Source: Marsupella aquatica (Eukaryota > Plantae > Marchantiophyta). Taken from it: 64,000 nt of DNA. The stretch spans positions 25,899,140-25,963,139 of the forward strand of contig OZ316894.1 of the NCBI GenBank assembly GCA_973895155.1. The letters are read 5' to 3'. The notes beneath the pieces were generated by a model. The model was not told the DNA's origin. It worked only from the letters and a program-made list of their open reading frames with translations, and did no database searches. The translations under genes and the position numbers were made by a program. This document shows, piece after piece, positions 38,226 through 50,861 of this stretch (positions are counted from its first letter, which is position 1; each line of letters opens with the position of its first letter).

Positions 38226-39586
38226 TTTAATCATCATGCTTGTGGAGACAAGACATGCCATGCATAGCCAAATGAATTGGTGTGTGAGATGGATAAACTT
38301 GCTCGTGCAATTTTCTAATCCTCCCTAGAAACAGATATTTACAAACAATAGGAATTAGTAAACACTAACAGGAAATGATTACTGGTAACAGAAAAATGGG
38401 TGATTGAGTTTTTGAATTTTTTTGATTTTTTGATTTTTTGAAAAGAAAAGATTTTTGTGTGTGTGTTAGTTGTCATTTTTTTGCTAACGCCTGGACCTGG
38501 TAATAGTAGCGCCCGAAGCTAGCAAATAAGGTTTTTGTTTTTAAGAATTTTGGAAAATGAGACTTTTCATGAGACATTTTTAGATTGACTTTTTTCCTGG
38601 TAACAGTAACATTTTGTTGGTAACATGAAAACAATTGCTGGTAATAGGAAACCTGTTTGCTATTTCCTGTCATAGTTGCAATACCCACTAGAAAGTAGGT
38701 TGCTGCGGAATTGCAGTCCCTACCAACACCAGACTCCTTGGGACAAAGCATGATCGGTGGGTCAGATTTTGGAATCATATCACAAGCAGGATCACAAGAA
38801 AATTAGATGTACAACTTATTCTGGTGTCGGAAATCCAAATTTAAACTCGCTACAAGACACAGCACGCCACTAGGAATGACCCTGTGGCCCCCAGCTTCAG
38901 GCCCCCAGGGAGCATAAGTTTTAGGGATAGGTTCCATGAAGGAAGGGTTGTACTGCTTGAGGAGTAGGGCCACATGCTGGGTCCACCTGTGAAAATTTGG
39001 GGGCAAGTGCATAAACTCCCTGAGGAGTGCTCCGCACCTCACTCCCAGTACATATGCTCACAATGGAACTGGCCCAGCCATGCAAACCACGTTATTACAA
39101 ATTCCCACAAATTTACCCACAACAAGGCAAACCAAAAACCCAAAAGCTTTGAAGAGAAAGCCTGGAAGGCTGTCAACCAGTACACAGGAGTTGATATCTC
39201 GCAGCAAGATGCTTGCAGATAAGATGATTTTCTCAGCTGTATCGGTGATGTCTTGGTGAGAAATTTGATTGTGGCAGTGGTCATCTTCGCATTATTTAAC
39301 GCATTCATTCATTGATCAAATTCAAGATGGTCTGACCGTGTATGTAAATATGTGCGACTCTGTGCTAAGAAGAAAGTTTCTTGTGGGTGCGATTCCTCAT
39401 TACTCTTGTGCGGTGGGTGTGATTCTGGTCATTTGGTCCCGGCCTCTCAAGTCAATTTTGTTTTATGAGCTTGAGAAATTATTTGCGTTGCTGTATTCAA
39501 ATTCGTATTGTGATGGGCACTCAATGTTGTCAACTAGTTTTGTTTCTGATGCCAGCTTCATATGACATGTGTTGCCGCATTCAATT

Positions 39587-39827
39587 CTCGGGGGTCTCAC
39601 TATATGGGGACCTCCCCATCACTTGCAACGGTTTTAGGCCTCAGACCCTATTAAGTTCCAAAAATTGGATTAAAAAGACCCTAATGTTCTTATAAGTCTC
39701 AAAATTGAATTTAAAAGACCATATTGTTCTTCTGTAGAAATTCTTGATTTTTCCCTTAGAATCAATAAAATGACCCTATCCTTCATGGCACGTGATATGT
39801 CATTTTTGTGGAAGTGAAACCCCCGAG
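39587..39827 (+). mobile_element. hAT-type MITE, family A copy 3
   Basis: 15-bp TIR CTCGGGGGTYTCACT (1 mismatch); TSD ATTCAATT/ATTTAATT. Confidence 0.9.
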
Positions 39828-40569
39828 ATTTAATTTTGTTTTGTCCCTCGATTTGTTTCATTGATACCTTCCATTAGAGGCATGCGTTATTGCTTTCAAT
39901 GTCGTCTCGTAATGTGCTCTGATTTGTAATGAACAGAGACTCAGTTGTAATGGAGGCGAGCAATGTGGCAGACATTATTGAGCTTAGGAACATTGCCCAC
40001 AATTTCACCTCGGAACATGCTGCAAGATAGTGAGAGATGTCTACAAGTCGAGGAACTCCTTCCAGGGATTCCAAATGAGATTACCTTGCACAATTGCTTC
40101 AAAACTGTAGTGCAATGTCAGTCTCACAAACTGGATATGATTAGCTTTGCAGGTAAGTTCTCCTCCTGAAATCACCTCCAGAAATCAACGACATTCACAT
40201 CCACACTCACAATTCATCATTTGCAAAGCCACGTACTCTCAGGGGAACAATAAACTGTCGGGGTAGGCTTTGTAGCATTGGGCTTCGTTGCGCACACCAA
40301 CAGGCTGCAGCTGGTTTTGGCCCGAGCAACTGCCTGGCCCAGTAACCAGGGGTAGAAATCAAGGAGTGTGAGGGAGAGCCCGCACTGCCTACAACACTTT
40401 TTTCCAGGGACTCCCCCTGCCACATGACTGTCTCTGATTGGCTTCCGCAAAAGACAAAATCTGCACGGAAGCAACCGTATTTTCCAATGTACAAGCCTTG
40501 CTTCATGGAACCTAGCCCTTAAGGTGGTTTGTCCATTTTGCGGGGGCTGCAAAGGTCACTTGTTTGAAA

Positions 40570-40804
40570 GGAAAGATGCTATAAATATTATTTTAACAAA
40601 GGTTTTAAATTACTTTTTGATCGTCAGATCTCCTGACATTTAAGGATGCCCATTAGATTTTAGATTATGGGGTCTGCAGTTTAAGTGAGAAAGCTGAGTG
40701 AAGAACTGGCTAGTGGAATACAGAATACTAGATAAAATTTAGCCAAAAGTGGCTGACTTTACAGAGAGGCGGAATGTAGCAAAATTTGCCACTGAAAAAT
40801 ACTG
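40570..40804 (+). mobile_element. MITE family B, degenerate copy
   Basis: AATACTAG..TTTAGCCAAAAGTGG..GAGGCGGAAT..CAAAATTTGCCACTGAAAAATACTG matches the right end of 62384-62707. Confidence 0.55.
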
Positions 40805-42179
40805 CCTCTAAGCCATGTCCAAGAGAACTTGGAGCATTCCCATTGGTCCCATAAAATGTGACTTTTGGTAAATAAGCAGACTAAGTACAATATGGCATGA
40901 TCCTATCCATATGGTGTGAGACACAATGCTACCCCCACCCATTCAAGTACTGTGCGACCATTGCTGCAAGGGATTGGCAATTTTTCCGTCAAGGCAACTA
41001 TCTATGCATCTATGTTGTCCATATATTTGGCAAGGCATGAGGGTAGGCAGCATGTCCAAACTTGCTAGTTCTGGCACTCAACAGGCAAGTTTGCCTGGGC
41101 CAGGCGAGGCAGGTTGAACATAGCAATTGCCTATGGGGATAACTTTTCCAAAGTAGAGTGCTCCAACTGCCAAAGTAGTCACCGGCCAAGCATTTAGGAC
41201 GACTGGTGGGAAATGGGAATGCTCTTATGCTCCGCCACTCCTCCCAAGCTTCAGACCGGATAGTATTCTAAGGATCATCGGATGATTCCCATCGGAGCAT
41301 CCTAGGTGTTTCGGGAGAAGCTAACTCGGAAAAATATCCTTGCTCAATTAATAATTAATTTATTCTCGAGTCACGGAATAAATCCTTATCGACGATCGAT
41401 GAAACGGATGGCCCAGATGGAGCCCTTGCCTCGTCTGCACCCGTCAGTCCACGATTATCGGCGACTAATGACACCGGGCGACGGACCCGGTGACCCGCCC
41501 GCCGAAAGGGTGGGACAGGTGACAGGTCAATGGATGGAGTCCCTAGACGGACAGGGACCGACTGGTACCCCTTCGTTGGGATTGCTGAGGTACAGGAAGC
41601 AGGCGACAATCGGTCTCCCTGCGTCGGTGCAAGTGACGGGCCGGGCCCCGGTTGTTTACAACGTCTGTGGCCGGGAGTTCCACCTGTATCATGAGTCCCA
41701 GTGGGGGCGTTCCGCTGACGTGGGAGGGCTGGACTGGCAGTAAGGGAAATTTTGTTTAACCCAGGCAGGCGCCAGGCAGTGGCATAATGACGAGTGGCGG
41801 GCAAGGGAGTGTTTAGGACACAGTCACAAACGACGCTTCGGTTCCCTTGCCCCACCCTGTCCGGTCCGGTCCGGCCCCTTCCGTCACTGCCTTCCAAGGA
41901 TAATTAATATCCGAGGCCCCTGACTTGGCCAGGCTTGTTGTTGGTCCTGTTGGCGTTGGGGAAGACACGGGCCCGGCTTTTCACGTCCCCGGCGGCCCTG
42001 CCTGATAACTCAGCCGCTGGCCGCCTGGCCCTCGAGGTCGTTCAGTTCCATGAGACGAGTCTCGTCGTTAGTGCGGAGGATCATACACTCGAGACGAAAC
42101 GAGGGGACCAGGAGAAGTAGTAGGTAGGGTTCCTCCACCCCCCCCCCCCCCCCCTTCCCGGCCCCCCCTGGCCGCAGTG

Positions 42180-43672
42180 GGAGAGGGGGCTAACAAAGAG
42201 CACGGCCGCAGCACTCGGCCAGTCGGGCAAGCTGAAGGCAGAGAGGAGTAGTGGAAGTGGAGAACGGAAGCTCAGCTGCTCTCGCTGGTTTTCGTGTGTT
42301 TCGCCTCTCGCTTGCTTTAATTTGCATCGCGGTGTCTCTCGCTCTCGTTCTCAGGAGAAGAGTGGAGTGGATGAGTAGAGGGATGTTGATGCTTTCTCGC
42401 CTGCTTTTGAGGGACGGAAGAAGGTGAGAAGCGAAACACGCTGCGTCCCGTGAATGCACGCCACACCTGGTTGTCGTTGTAGCCTGCAAGCGTGCGTGCG
42501 TGCGTGCTCGCCTGCATGGGTGGGGGAGTCTGAGAAAGAAGAAGGAGACGTTGTAATTGCATTGATATCGTTGAAGGTGGATCGTCGCAAGGCGAGCTCG
42601 TTGTGTTGAGTGTGTCGCGGACTCGCGGGTCCTATGAGGGATTTCATGTGATTGGGAATCGAAGCTCGAGGTGGAGTATTATTGGTAGAGGCGGGGAGGG
42701 GAATGTTGTCGCTGTTGTTGGAGGCGGATCGATTGATTCAGAGGAAAAGGGAAGGCGAAGAGGATGACGATGGACGAGTGAGTTGATATCGGTCGACTGG
42801 GAACACATAGAGGACAATGTGTGTTGCATAGCAGAGATACTTCGCGGTTGAGTGCCGGATTATTGGTAGTATTACTGCAATTGACAGGTCGGACCTGTGG
42901 TTCGACGTGAATTGAACGCATTGATGACGACGTGAGGAGTTTCTGCAGAAGGGTTAAGGAAGTGCTGTGGACTCTATTTTGCTCGCTGTTCCTGACCCGG
43001 TTCCTGATAGCTGACGGTCGAGCTCTGTCCTTTGAGTTCGGGGACGTTACTCTACGAAATTGGCTGCATTTTGAAAGTTGGGCTCTAGTTCCGACACCGA
43101 AGCGTCGAAATTCACTGTCCTTAACTGGACTGGAATCCAATTGGATACATCTCGTCCGCGAGGATGTGCTGCTCTGCGTGCAGTCAGGTATACTTTTGCC
43201 CGCAACAAGTCGATTCCAGTGGCTCATTTTGGGTTATTCTGAAGTTTTCGTTGTAATTAGTGGGCGCCATAGAATCCTGGCGGCCACATTTTCCTGCATT
43301 GTTGGAATGGCACGAATCATTTTGTTTTGGCTCCCAATTACATTCTCACATTGCTTCATCTTTTCGAAGCCCCAGCGCATTTTGCTTAGTCAATTGTGCT
43401 GACCACGGATCAGATTGTCTCACTGTATCGTTTCCATTGATATGCAGCAATGAGGCCTTGGATGAAAGTTGCGAAAGCTTTCGAATTGGAGAAGGCTATT
43501 CCATTCGTTTTTCTGTAACACAGGCTCAGAATTCTACCGAGAATTCTCTCTATTCAAAGCACAGACATTGATCACATTTTATTTTGTGTACTTCACGAGA
43601 GTCACACTGGCTATCGAATCAGTACCGCTTGGTCAGACTAGTCCTTCCAAGGCTAGGAAGACTTCAAAGAAA
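42180..43672 (+). promoter_or_regulatory. Probable long 5' leader (with intron) of the PLATZ gene
   Basis: GA-rich, CpG-rich sequence after a poly-C tract (~42138-42154), a candidate donor CAG|GTATAC at ~43187, and several short upstream ATG ORFs. The TSS is inferred only. Confidence 0.4.
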
Positions 43673-45445
43673 ATGGTGAGAAGCAAGTTACTGTGTACAA
43701 TTGACGAGGATTTCTCGAAACGCTCGCAAAAGTAGTCCCACCGTGCATCGCAATTTAGAACTGTAGGCAGCCAGTCGTACTATAGAATTAGAGTCGCGTT
43801 TTGACGATAGAGGTGAAGTGTGTGTCCCGAGTAAGAGCAATGTCGTTTTGTCTCGAAGCCCATAGTCGTAACGGTGTGGTTGTTGGCTGCCGTGGCGGCT
43901 TTGAGCAACCTGACTGCTGTATTTCTGAGAAACGCCGCCCCAATTTGTTACTCACTGTTCGAAGTGGTTGGAATTGGTTTGGACAGACTGCGCCATTTTC
44001 TTTGCCGCACAGTTATGATCATGGAGATGTTGAGCTTGGCCCTCCTTGGTTGACTCCTTTGTTGCAAACAACTTTCTTCTCATCCTGCCCTGCTCACGGT
44101 GTTTCGGGCAAAAGTGAGTGCAACTTGTTCTGCCTCGACTGTAGAGGAGATGGACTTTGCTCCCTATGCCTTACCGAGCATCGAGATCATCACGTCGTGC
44201 AGGTATACAAAATCGCTTCTTCATATGACAGTTTTGTGTCAATTGTCCTTTGAGCACCACGCACCCAACCACCATTGTAGTTTCGCACCACTGTCGTCAG
44301 GTAAAATTATGAGCCCATTGACAAAACTGAAACTAGCAATAGTTCTGATTGCATTCACGTTATTCATCAACCGAAATGCTCGCCGACGAGCACAACAATG
44401 CGATCAGTTCCAGTCTAAGAAAGCTTTTGTCAGTTTGAAGGTAGATTCAAGCTAAGATTGTAATGTCAAGAATGTATGCGCTCTGAAAATGTGCCCCGGC
44501 AAGGAACAACCAGGTGAGGCAGTGTACGAAAGGTGAATAATCAGTGCAAGTTAGCATGTAGTTGGGAGACTGGCAAAGAATTGTGCTTGACATTGGATTC
44601 ATGCACTGCACAGATTCGACGCTCCTCCTACCACGATGTCATTCGAGTTTCAGAGATACAGAAGGTTCTGGACATATCAGCCGTGCAGACGTACATTATC
44701 AATAGCGCCAGAGTTGTGTTTCTCAACGAACGACCACAACCGAGGCCTGCGAAAGGAGTCACTAATACCTGCGAAACGTGCGAACGAAGTCTACTGGATA
44801 CATTCCGATTCTGCTCACTCGGTTGCAAGGTAGGTTTAACTCCAGTGTTTGATTTAAGGCAGGCTAGTTGTTCAAGGCCTTCGACCAATGCCGTGGGGCC
44901 GGGTGAATCGCACCAAGTCGGTATGAGAGTGATTTCCGAATTATGGCAGCATGATTGGATGCTCCGGCCGCTACTATTAGCATTCTAGATGGATCAATTG
45001 AAAGGTTGCAGTTCTTTATACGTAGGTGGCTTTCGGAAGAACTTCGATTTACTCTGAGATTGACGGTTTGGTTCTGTGCATGCAGCTTTCGGGAATCAAG
45101 AGACACCACGACATGTCATTTGTTCTGCAGCCGCGACAGAATGGGGGTGTAAGTAGTAGCGTACGCTCTTCAGATTCTGAGGAATTTTCTTCGTCTTCTA
45201 AGAAGGAAAGAGGGAAGAAAGGTACTCCTGTGCGGGAAACAGATAGTGCAGCAGAACACTCTCCTCCTCACGATAACGAACCGATTGTTCGGAGAAGACA
45301 GCAGCCGGCAGGTGTGAGCTCAAGTCTCATGCAATCCTTGCAGAGCACAGACATGATGTCTCCTAGAACTCCTCCACCGACGACTACACTCAGAACCGCC
45401 AAGCGACGAAAGGGAATTCCCCACAGAGCACCGCTGGGACCCTAG
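43673..45445 (+). CDS. PLATZ: PLATZ zinc-binding transcription factor
   Basis: Exons ATG 43673-43675, 43987-44202, 44614-44829 and 45086-45445 (all GT-AG, phase 0). Motifs [82 protein letters not shown] and C-terminal [11 protein letters not shown]. Confidence 0.95.
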
Positions 45446-48400
45446 CGACTGCAGGGCGCCTATTTCTGGCCAACTCAACTGTCTCACAGTACCGCACGAC
45501 TGTACAGAGGAATCAATGCCTGTCGCCGTGTACTATAGTAACTTAATAACTTTATCGCTGGACGTTCCAAAGTCCGTTCTAAAGTATCGATACGAGGTGG
45601 CAATATCAAACCCAAGTTACGGTCCCATGTACAGACTGCAGACAACAAGCTACGCTAATTATTGTAACGACGTTCCTTGAAGTGTACATTCTGCACGGGG
45701 AAGCACACGGTCTTGCCGAAGGGATTCTAGAGGGCTTTCGATCGAATAAAAGCCTTGGAGCACCCGTTCCATATCTCCATGGAAGGAACAGAAAGTGATC
45801 ACTATGGCAAGGGGTTTAGCAAGAGCTAGAACAAGAGTCTGTCGGTCGAAGCCAACTTTTCAGAGTGGCTTAACGACTTCTGTTCAGTGAAACGTTTATC
45901 CGCGAAGTCGCCTCTTTACGAATAGTACTCTATTCATCACGTAAATCCAGTCCTCGTCTTACAATTCACGTGTATCGAGACATGTCGGCCCGGACATAGT
46001 ACTCATTCTGTACATAGATCAGTTAACTTGCTGTTGCCAACGGGAATCGACTCTGTTCTTCTCATACATTAGCCGCCTTCAGTGCACTGTGACTGAAAAT
46101 TGCAAGTAAAGTAAAGCTCGAGCTCCTCTACTATCCTATTTGTTGCGGGAATTGAAACATGTACTTGAACGGTGGTATCTCAACGACGATATTCCGCAGC
46201 GACAATTTGTATAGATGCAGGCATTATAAGCAGTCTTGTGACGGATGATGCTGTTTGATATCATAAGCATCCACCATCCGTCGTGTTCCGTCGAGGCACA
46301 TATGTATATGGCAGAAATTATTGACAAGATTACGAATAAGGTCGGCTGCAGTCCGATGACTACGCAGTCCGATGACATCCCAAAGTCACGGCCCGACTCC
46401 TCTGTGTATATTATGATTAATATTTTTCGTCGCGTCTACTTACACGACGAACTTGGGTGGAGGTGGACGAACTTGGATGGAGGTGGATCCTTTCCGAAGG
46501 GAACTGTACAATACACACTGTAAATCATTGCCCAAATATTAATTCGAATTGCAGAAGTTCAATTGTAACCTTGCATAACAAGGAGTCATCGAACTAGTCG
46601 CAGTGCAATGCACATGGCTAAGTGGAGCTCTAGGCCGGAGCTAAATGTTTCCGCTTGTTTCCCGTGTGTAACACTTCTCTTTTTCTTTTCAATGTGATCT
46701 GATCCTTGGCTTGATCTTTGATTTAAACGGAGGTCATGTGTCCAAATGTCGCTTCGAATAAACAGTTCTTATGAGTTACATACGTTCTCGCATCTTCATT
46801 CAGGCAAACAGTTTCAACCGTTTGAAATCTATAGATGAAGTCGTGACAGGTCTCTCTCGGCACCGTGGTGTAGAGCTGGATGCGTTACTTGGCCACATAT
46901 CGGTGTTCCATAGCGCACCCTCGAGGATTCAATTCGTTCTATTACTTAATATTAAATTTAGAGTCTCAAGGGCAACCAAACTTCTCCAAACTTGAAAGGT
47001 GTTTTAAAGAGTACTGCCCTGTCCTGTGGTTGGATATAATCCAGGAAGTTCCTGTTTCGGTCCATTTCGTACTCTAACGGACGATTTTTCAACGAATACT
47101 CTCAGCGTGGGTCATCGAGCCACTAAATGTGATCGCTATCCTACATGATATAACTCTACAGCATATTGAACGCGTTAGCTTGACAATTGTCGCTCAAACG
47201 ACACTGATCAACTGTAGTTCGAGCTTCAAGTAGTACTGACGTTGCTTATCTTCCCGCTTATCGTTCGCCATCGACAAGCCCCGCGATAGCTTGGTCTAGA
47301 CACTCCATTCAAGGAAGAAAAATGCCAAGCACATGTCTCTTGTATGTTTCATTCAAGCGAATCTCTGAACGCAGGCGCGGTGCCAGGATATGTACAAAAG
47401 TAATCGCTTTCGTCCAAAGCTTTGGCCGTGGAACCAGAGCCTCGTGCGCTCTCTCCAGATGCTTCTTAGTTTTACATCACCCAATCAAAATGTAGAGTCA
47501 GTGATCCCACTGGACAGCTAAGGAGCAATCGTTTGCACCTTGATCTCAACTACATAATGATATCATCAAGTCAGATGTCGTGGTATCGGACAAGTTTCGC
47601 CCTGTTACAGCTGAATGCGGCATTGGATATCCCTACTGCAGGTCATTGTGTATGCAGTAGTGCATGGAGAAGACAATTCGTAGTTCCCTACTTCGTAGCT
47701 TCACCTCTTTGCCAGACATGCCACAAACAACGCTCTTATTTCCTTGGATTGACATGTACATCTGTGCCGTTTTTATTCGGTTTTCGGTCATTCCGTCACT
47801 GCTTGTCGTTGGCATATGGTCGTGTACCTATACCACCCATCTCTCCTTCCTGTAGTTTCTTTTCATACTCTTCTGTGGAGGATCATTCTCACGTCTGCGG
47901 GCGGTGTGGGGTACTGGGGTCCGTCTCCAAACTTTCCATGCTGAATGATTACATCATCTGATTTTAACCTTATTGCTGGGCTTCAATCCCCAGTTGAGGC
48001 GTGTGTGATGCGCGCGTTTCCGAGCCACTTTTCAGCCGTGGGGCCACTTCAGGTCGAGCCTCCAATAGTCCAATTCGCTTCCAAAAGTTCCTTTCTAAAA
48101 AAACCTTCCCACGGATGCCCATTCATTTTGGACGCAGCCATGATCCTTATCTCCTCATCGCTGCATCCTGCTTTGTTTGGCCCGCTATAAGACTACGCGA
48201 TCCGTCTTTCCCGGTAGCTTACGTTTGTCGATTGACCACATTAATTCCTCCACCTCTCTCGATCTCAGCTTTCCCAACTACAGTAGACCTACTTGCTTTG
48301 TGGAGCTGCGACTCTTCCGGTCTACAACAGACTGGATTCATTCTGAAGCCAGATCAATGGTGGCTGGCGATGTTGCGGGCAGCTTGAAACTTGTACGTGA

Positions 48401-50726
48401 TATGTAGTAAGTATTGTAATCTGTTCCTCTCCGTGTCCTTGTTGTTTCTTTCCTGTTGACGGCTGCGTAAGCAGTTTTATTATTGGGATTTTAACTTAGC
48501 TGCCATTCTTTGCATGCCACTGTCTGTAATTAATTAACTTCGACGTTTTTTTCGTAGCTGCGCCGCTCATGTATTCCCGGCTTCGGTGCCGTGCGGCTGC
48601 GTTCTGTAGAATGATGGTCTTTCCCTGTCCTGCATCCCATTGGTATTAATTAATAATCGGTCCTCCATCAGAACGACCCTGATTGGCAATTGGCAGGGAG
48701 CTTGGACCGCTGTTGACGACAACAACTCAGCTGCCGGCGTCGACGCAGCTGCGCGCGGGACGACAAGACTATTAACAAGAACATTGCAACACAAAATGAA
48801 CCTGCGGCTCCAGAGTCCAGAGGTAACAGAAGTCACAGAGCTTCGAAGAAGCAAAACCGAGCTACCAAGTAAAGAACAAAACAACAAACGGGAAGGGTTC
48901 GCCTAGCTCCCCAATGATCGACCCTACGGTGTACAGTTTGTGGTTTCTCTCAATTAATGCAATTGAGTGAAATGTTTCAAGGCAAAACAAAAAACCACTG
49001 AGAAGCGGGGCGACAGACATAGCTTGGTCCTTAATTTTTTATTGCAATTTTCCCACAATCATCCCGAGCTGCTGATTTCCAGACATTTCAAATCCCAACC
49101 CACTCACTAATAACGATGCTCTGCTCTCTCATCAAATCAATCTCAGAATTACAATCATGCTGCATGGATAAGCGAAGCTGGCCGATGCTCCCGTTGCTTG
49201 TCGAGGGTGGAGGTGCAGGTGGCCTAGTCATTGCGTGGAGGTAATCTTCTATGCCTCATTAATGGGCATCAGATTCCTCCAATGTGGGCATGTACTACAG
49301 TAACATTCGTGATCTTGTTACCTCCAGCTCTGTCAGAAATGGCATGGGTGCAAAGTCTATGATCATGCGACGTGTACAACGATTTAATATTTCGTATCTT
49401 CTGGGCTCCAGCGTTAAAGGAAATGTCAATTACAGTACTACGTATTATGCTCCCTGATTATATTCTGTATCTTGTAATCGCTGTTGGCATGAGGATGATT
49501 AAACCCTCTTGACGGACTCAGCATTGTAGAAGTTGAGTTGGAGTTTGCAGGCACGCAATGATATCTCTACGTCGACCCTCTGTAGATCTTGTTCCCCTGT
49601 AAGTACGTCCTGGTCTGAGTGGAGGCTTGGCAAGTGGTAGATTGGACATCTCATGCATGCAAGGTAACACGCCAACGGTAACCCTTTGCGTGCAATCTCG
49701 CATCTGGTCATCTTTAGTCATTTTCTATTGGACATCCCTTCATTAATTCAGAAAGAAACACTGGGTTCAGTCTTCCGTCTTCTGCCGGAATCTGATACCA
49801 TGGGAAATTAATTGGATTAGTTCGATGAGATCTTTGCCGGAAATTGCGTCACGGCAAAATGTCAAAGAGGTTTCGAGTTCAGCAGTTCTGTCACGCGTCC
49901 CGTGATGTTTCCTTGAGTAGAGGGTGTAAAAGGTGAAAAGTGGCCGCAGCCGGGCAGGCGGGGTCGCGGGGAGGGTAGAGCGAAGAGCCAAGGAGACGTG
50001 CAGACTACGCCAAGTGGAGTTCGGTGGGCGCAGTCGTCGAATGTGTCCACGCAGCCTCCCGTGGCGCTGTTAGCGGGTTGTTGTAGTTGCTGCTGTTGGT
50101 TACTGCATCATCAGCGCAGCGGCTCAGCCCACCTAGCTAGCGTACCTACAGACATACGATAGGTGCGGGATTCCCCCCCCCCGCCCCGCCCCTCCCTTCC
50201 CCTGGCAATCTCGTATTTTCTCGTCTTTGCCGCAGCCTTTCGATCTGTGGCTTGAGATTTGTCTCAGGGGTTACTTTTCTTCTTTGCCCAATAATTTTAA
50301 TGGTAGAATAGATGACTCTGCCCGTGTTTTATAATCTCCTTCGCCTTTCCAACAACGAATCACTGTCAAGTAATTCTGTCGTTGGTTTTCTGGCCCTCGT
50401 AATCCGTGATAAGAGATCTTTTCTTCAGATTTGTGGATTGATCTGCCTCATGCTTTCTCCCTTCCCTGGCCCGGATGCGCATGCTGAACGACGCATCTGC
50501 AGTATTGGCCCACAGGGTGCACACTTGTGAACCCAGCTCTGGACCTTCGCTGATTCTGTGGTGGAAATCACGATGGGTATCATTGCCGGTATGAGCAATT
50601 TGCAGCGGCTCCACCTCCAATTCAGCCTTAGGCTCTTCGCGTAGACACCTCATCTCGAGTTGCGTCTTGGCCGTGCGTTTGTCGCACTTTTGGGCAAACT
50701 TCGCGGGATTTGGAGTTGCTGCCCGT

Positions 50727-50861
50727 TGTTTTCTTGATATCTTTTCGTGTTTTAATAAGGATTTCAGCCCTTGTTTGTCGCATTTTGCCAGCACGCTGTT
50801 TTCTTGATTATCTTTTCGTGTTTAATAAGAATTCCAGCCTTTGTTTGTTGCATTTTCCCAG
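50727..50861. repeat. 2 x ~70-bp diverged tandem duplication
   Basis: GTTTTCTTGAT(T)ATCTTTTCGTGTTT(T)AATAAG..CAGCC..TGTTTGT.GCATTTT.CCAG occurs twice. Confidence 0.8.

Noticed and set aside
39220-40075. Exon-like short frames (DDFLSCIGDVLVRNLIVAVVIF; MEASNVADIIELRN)
   Set aside because: No recognisable homology and no consistent splice model could be built.
41306-43402. ORFs of 145-182 aa on both strands upstream of PLATZ
   Set aside because: No domains; expected by chance in GC-rich promoter and leader DNA.
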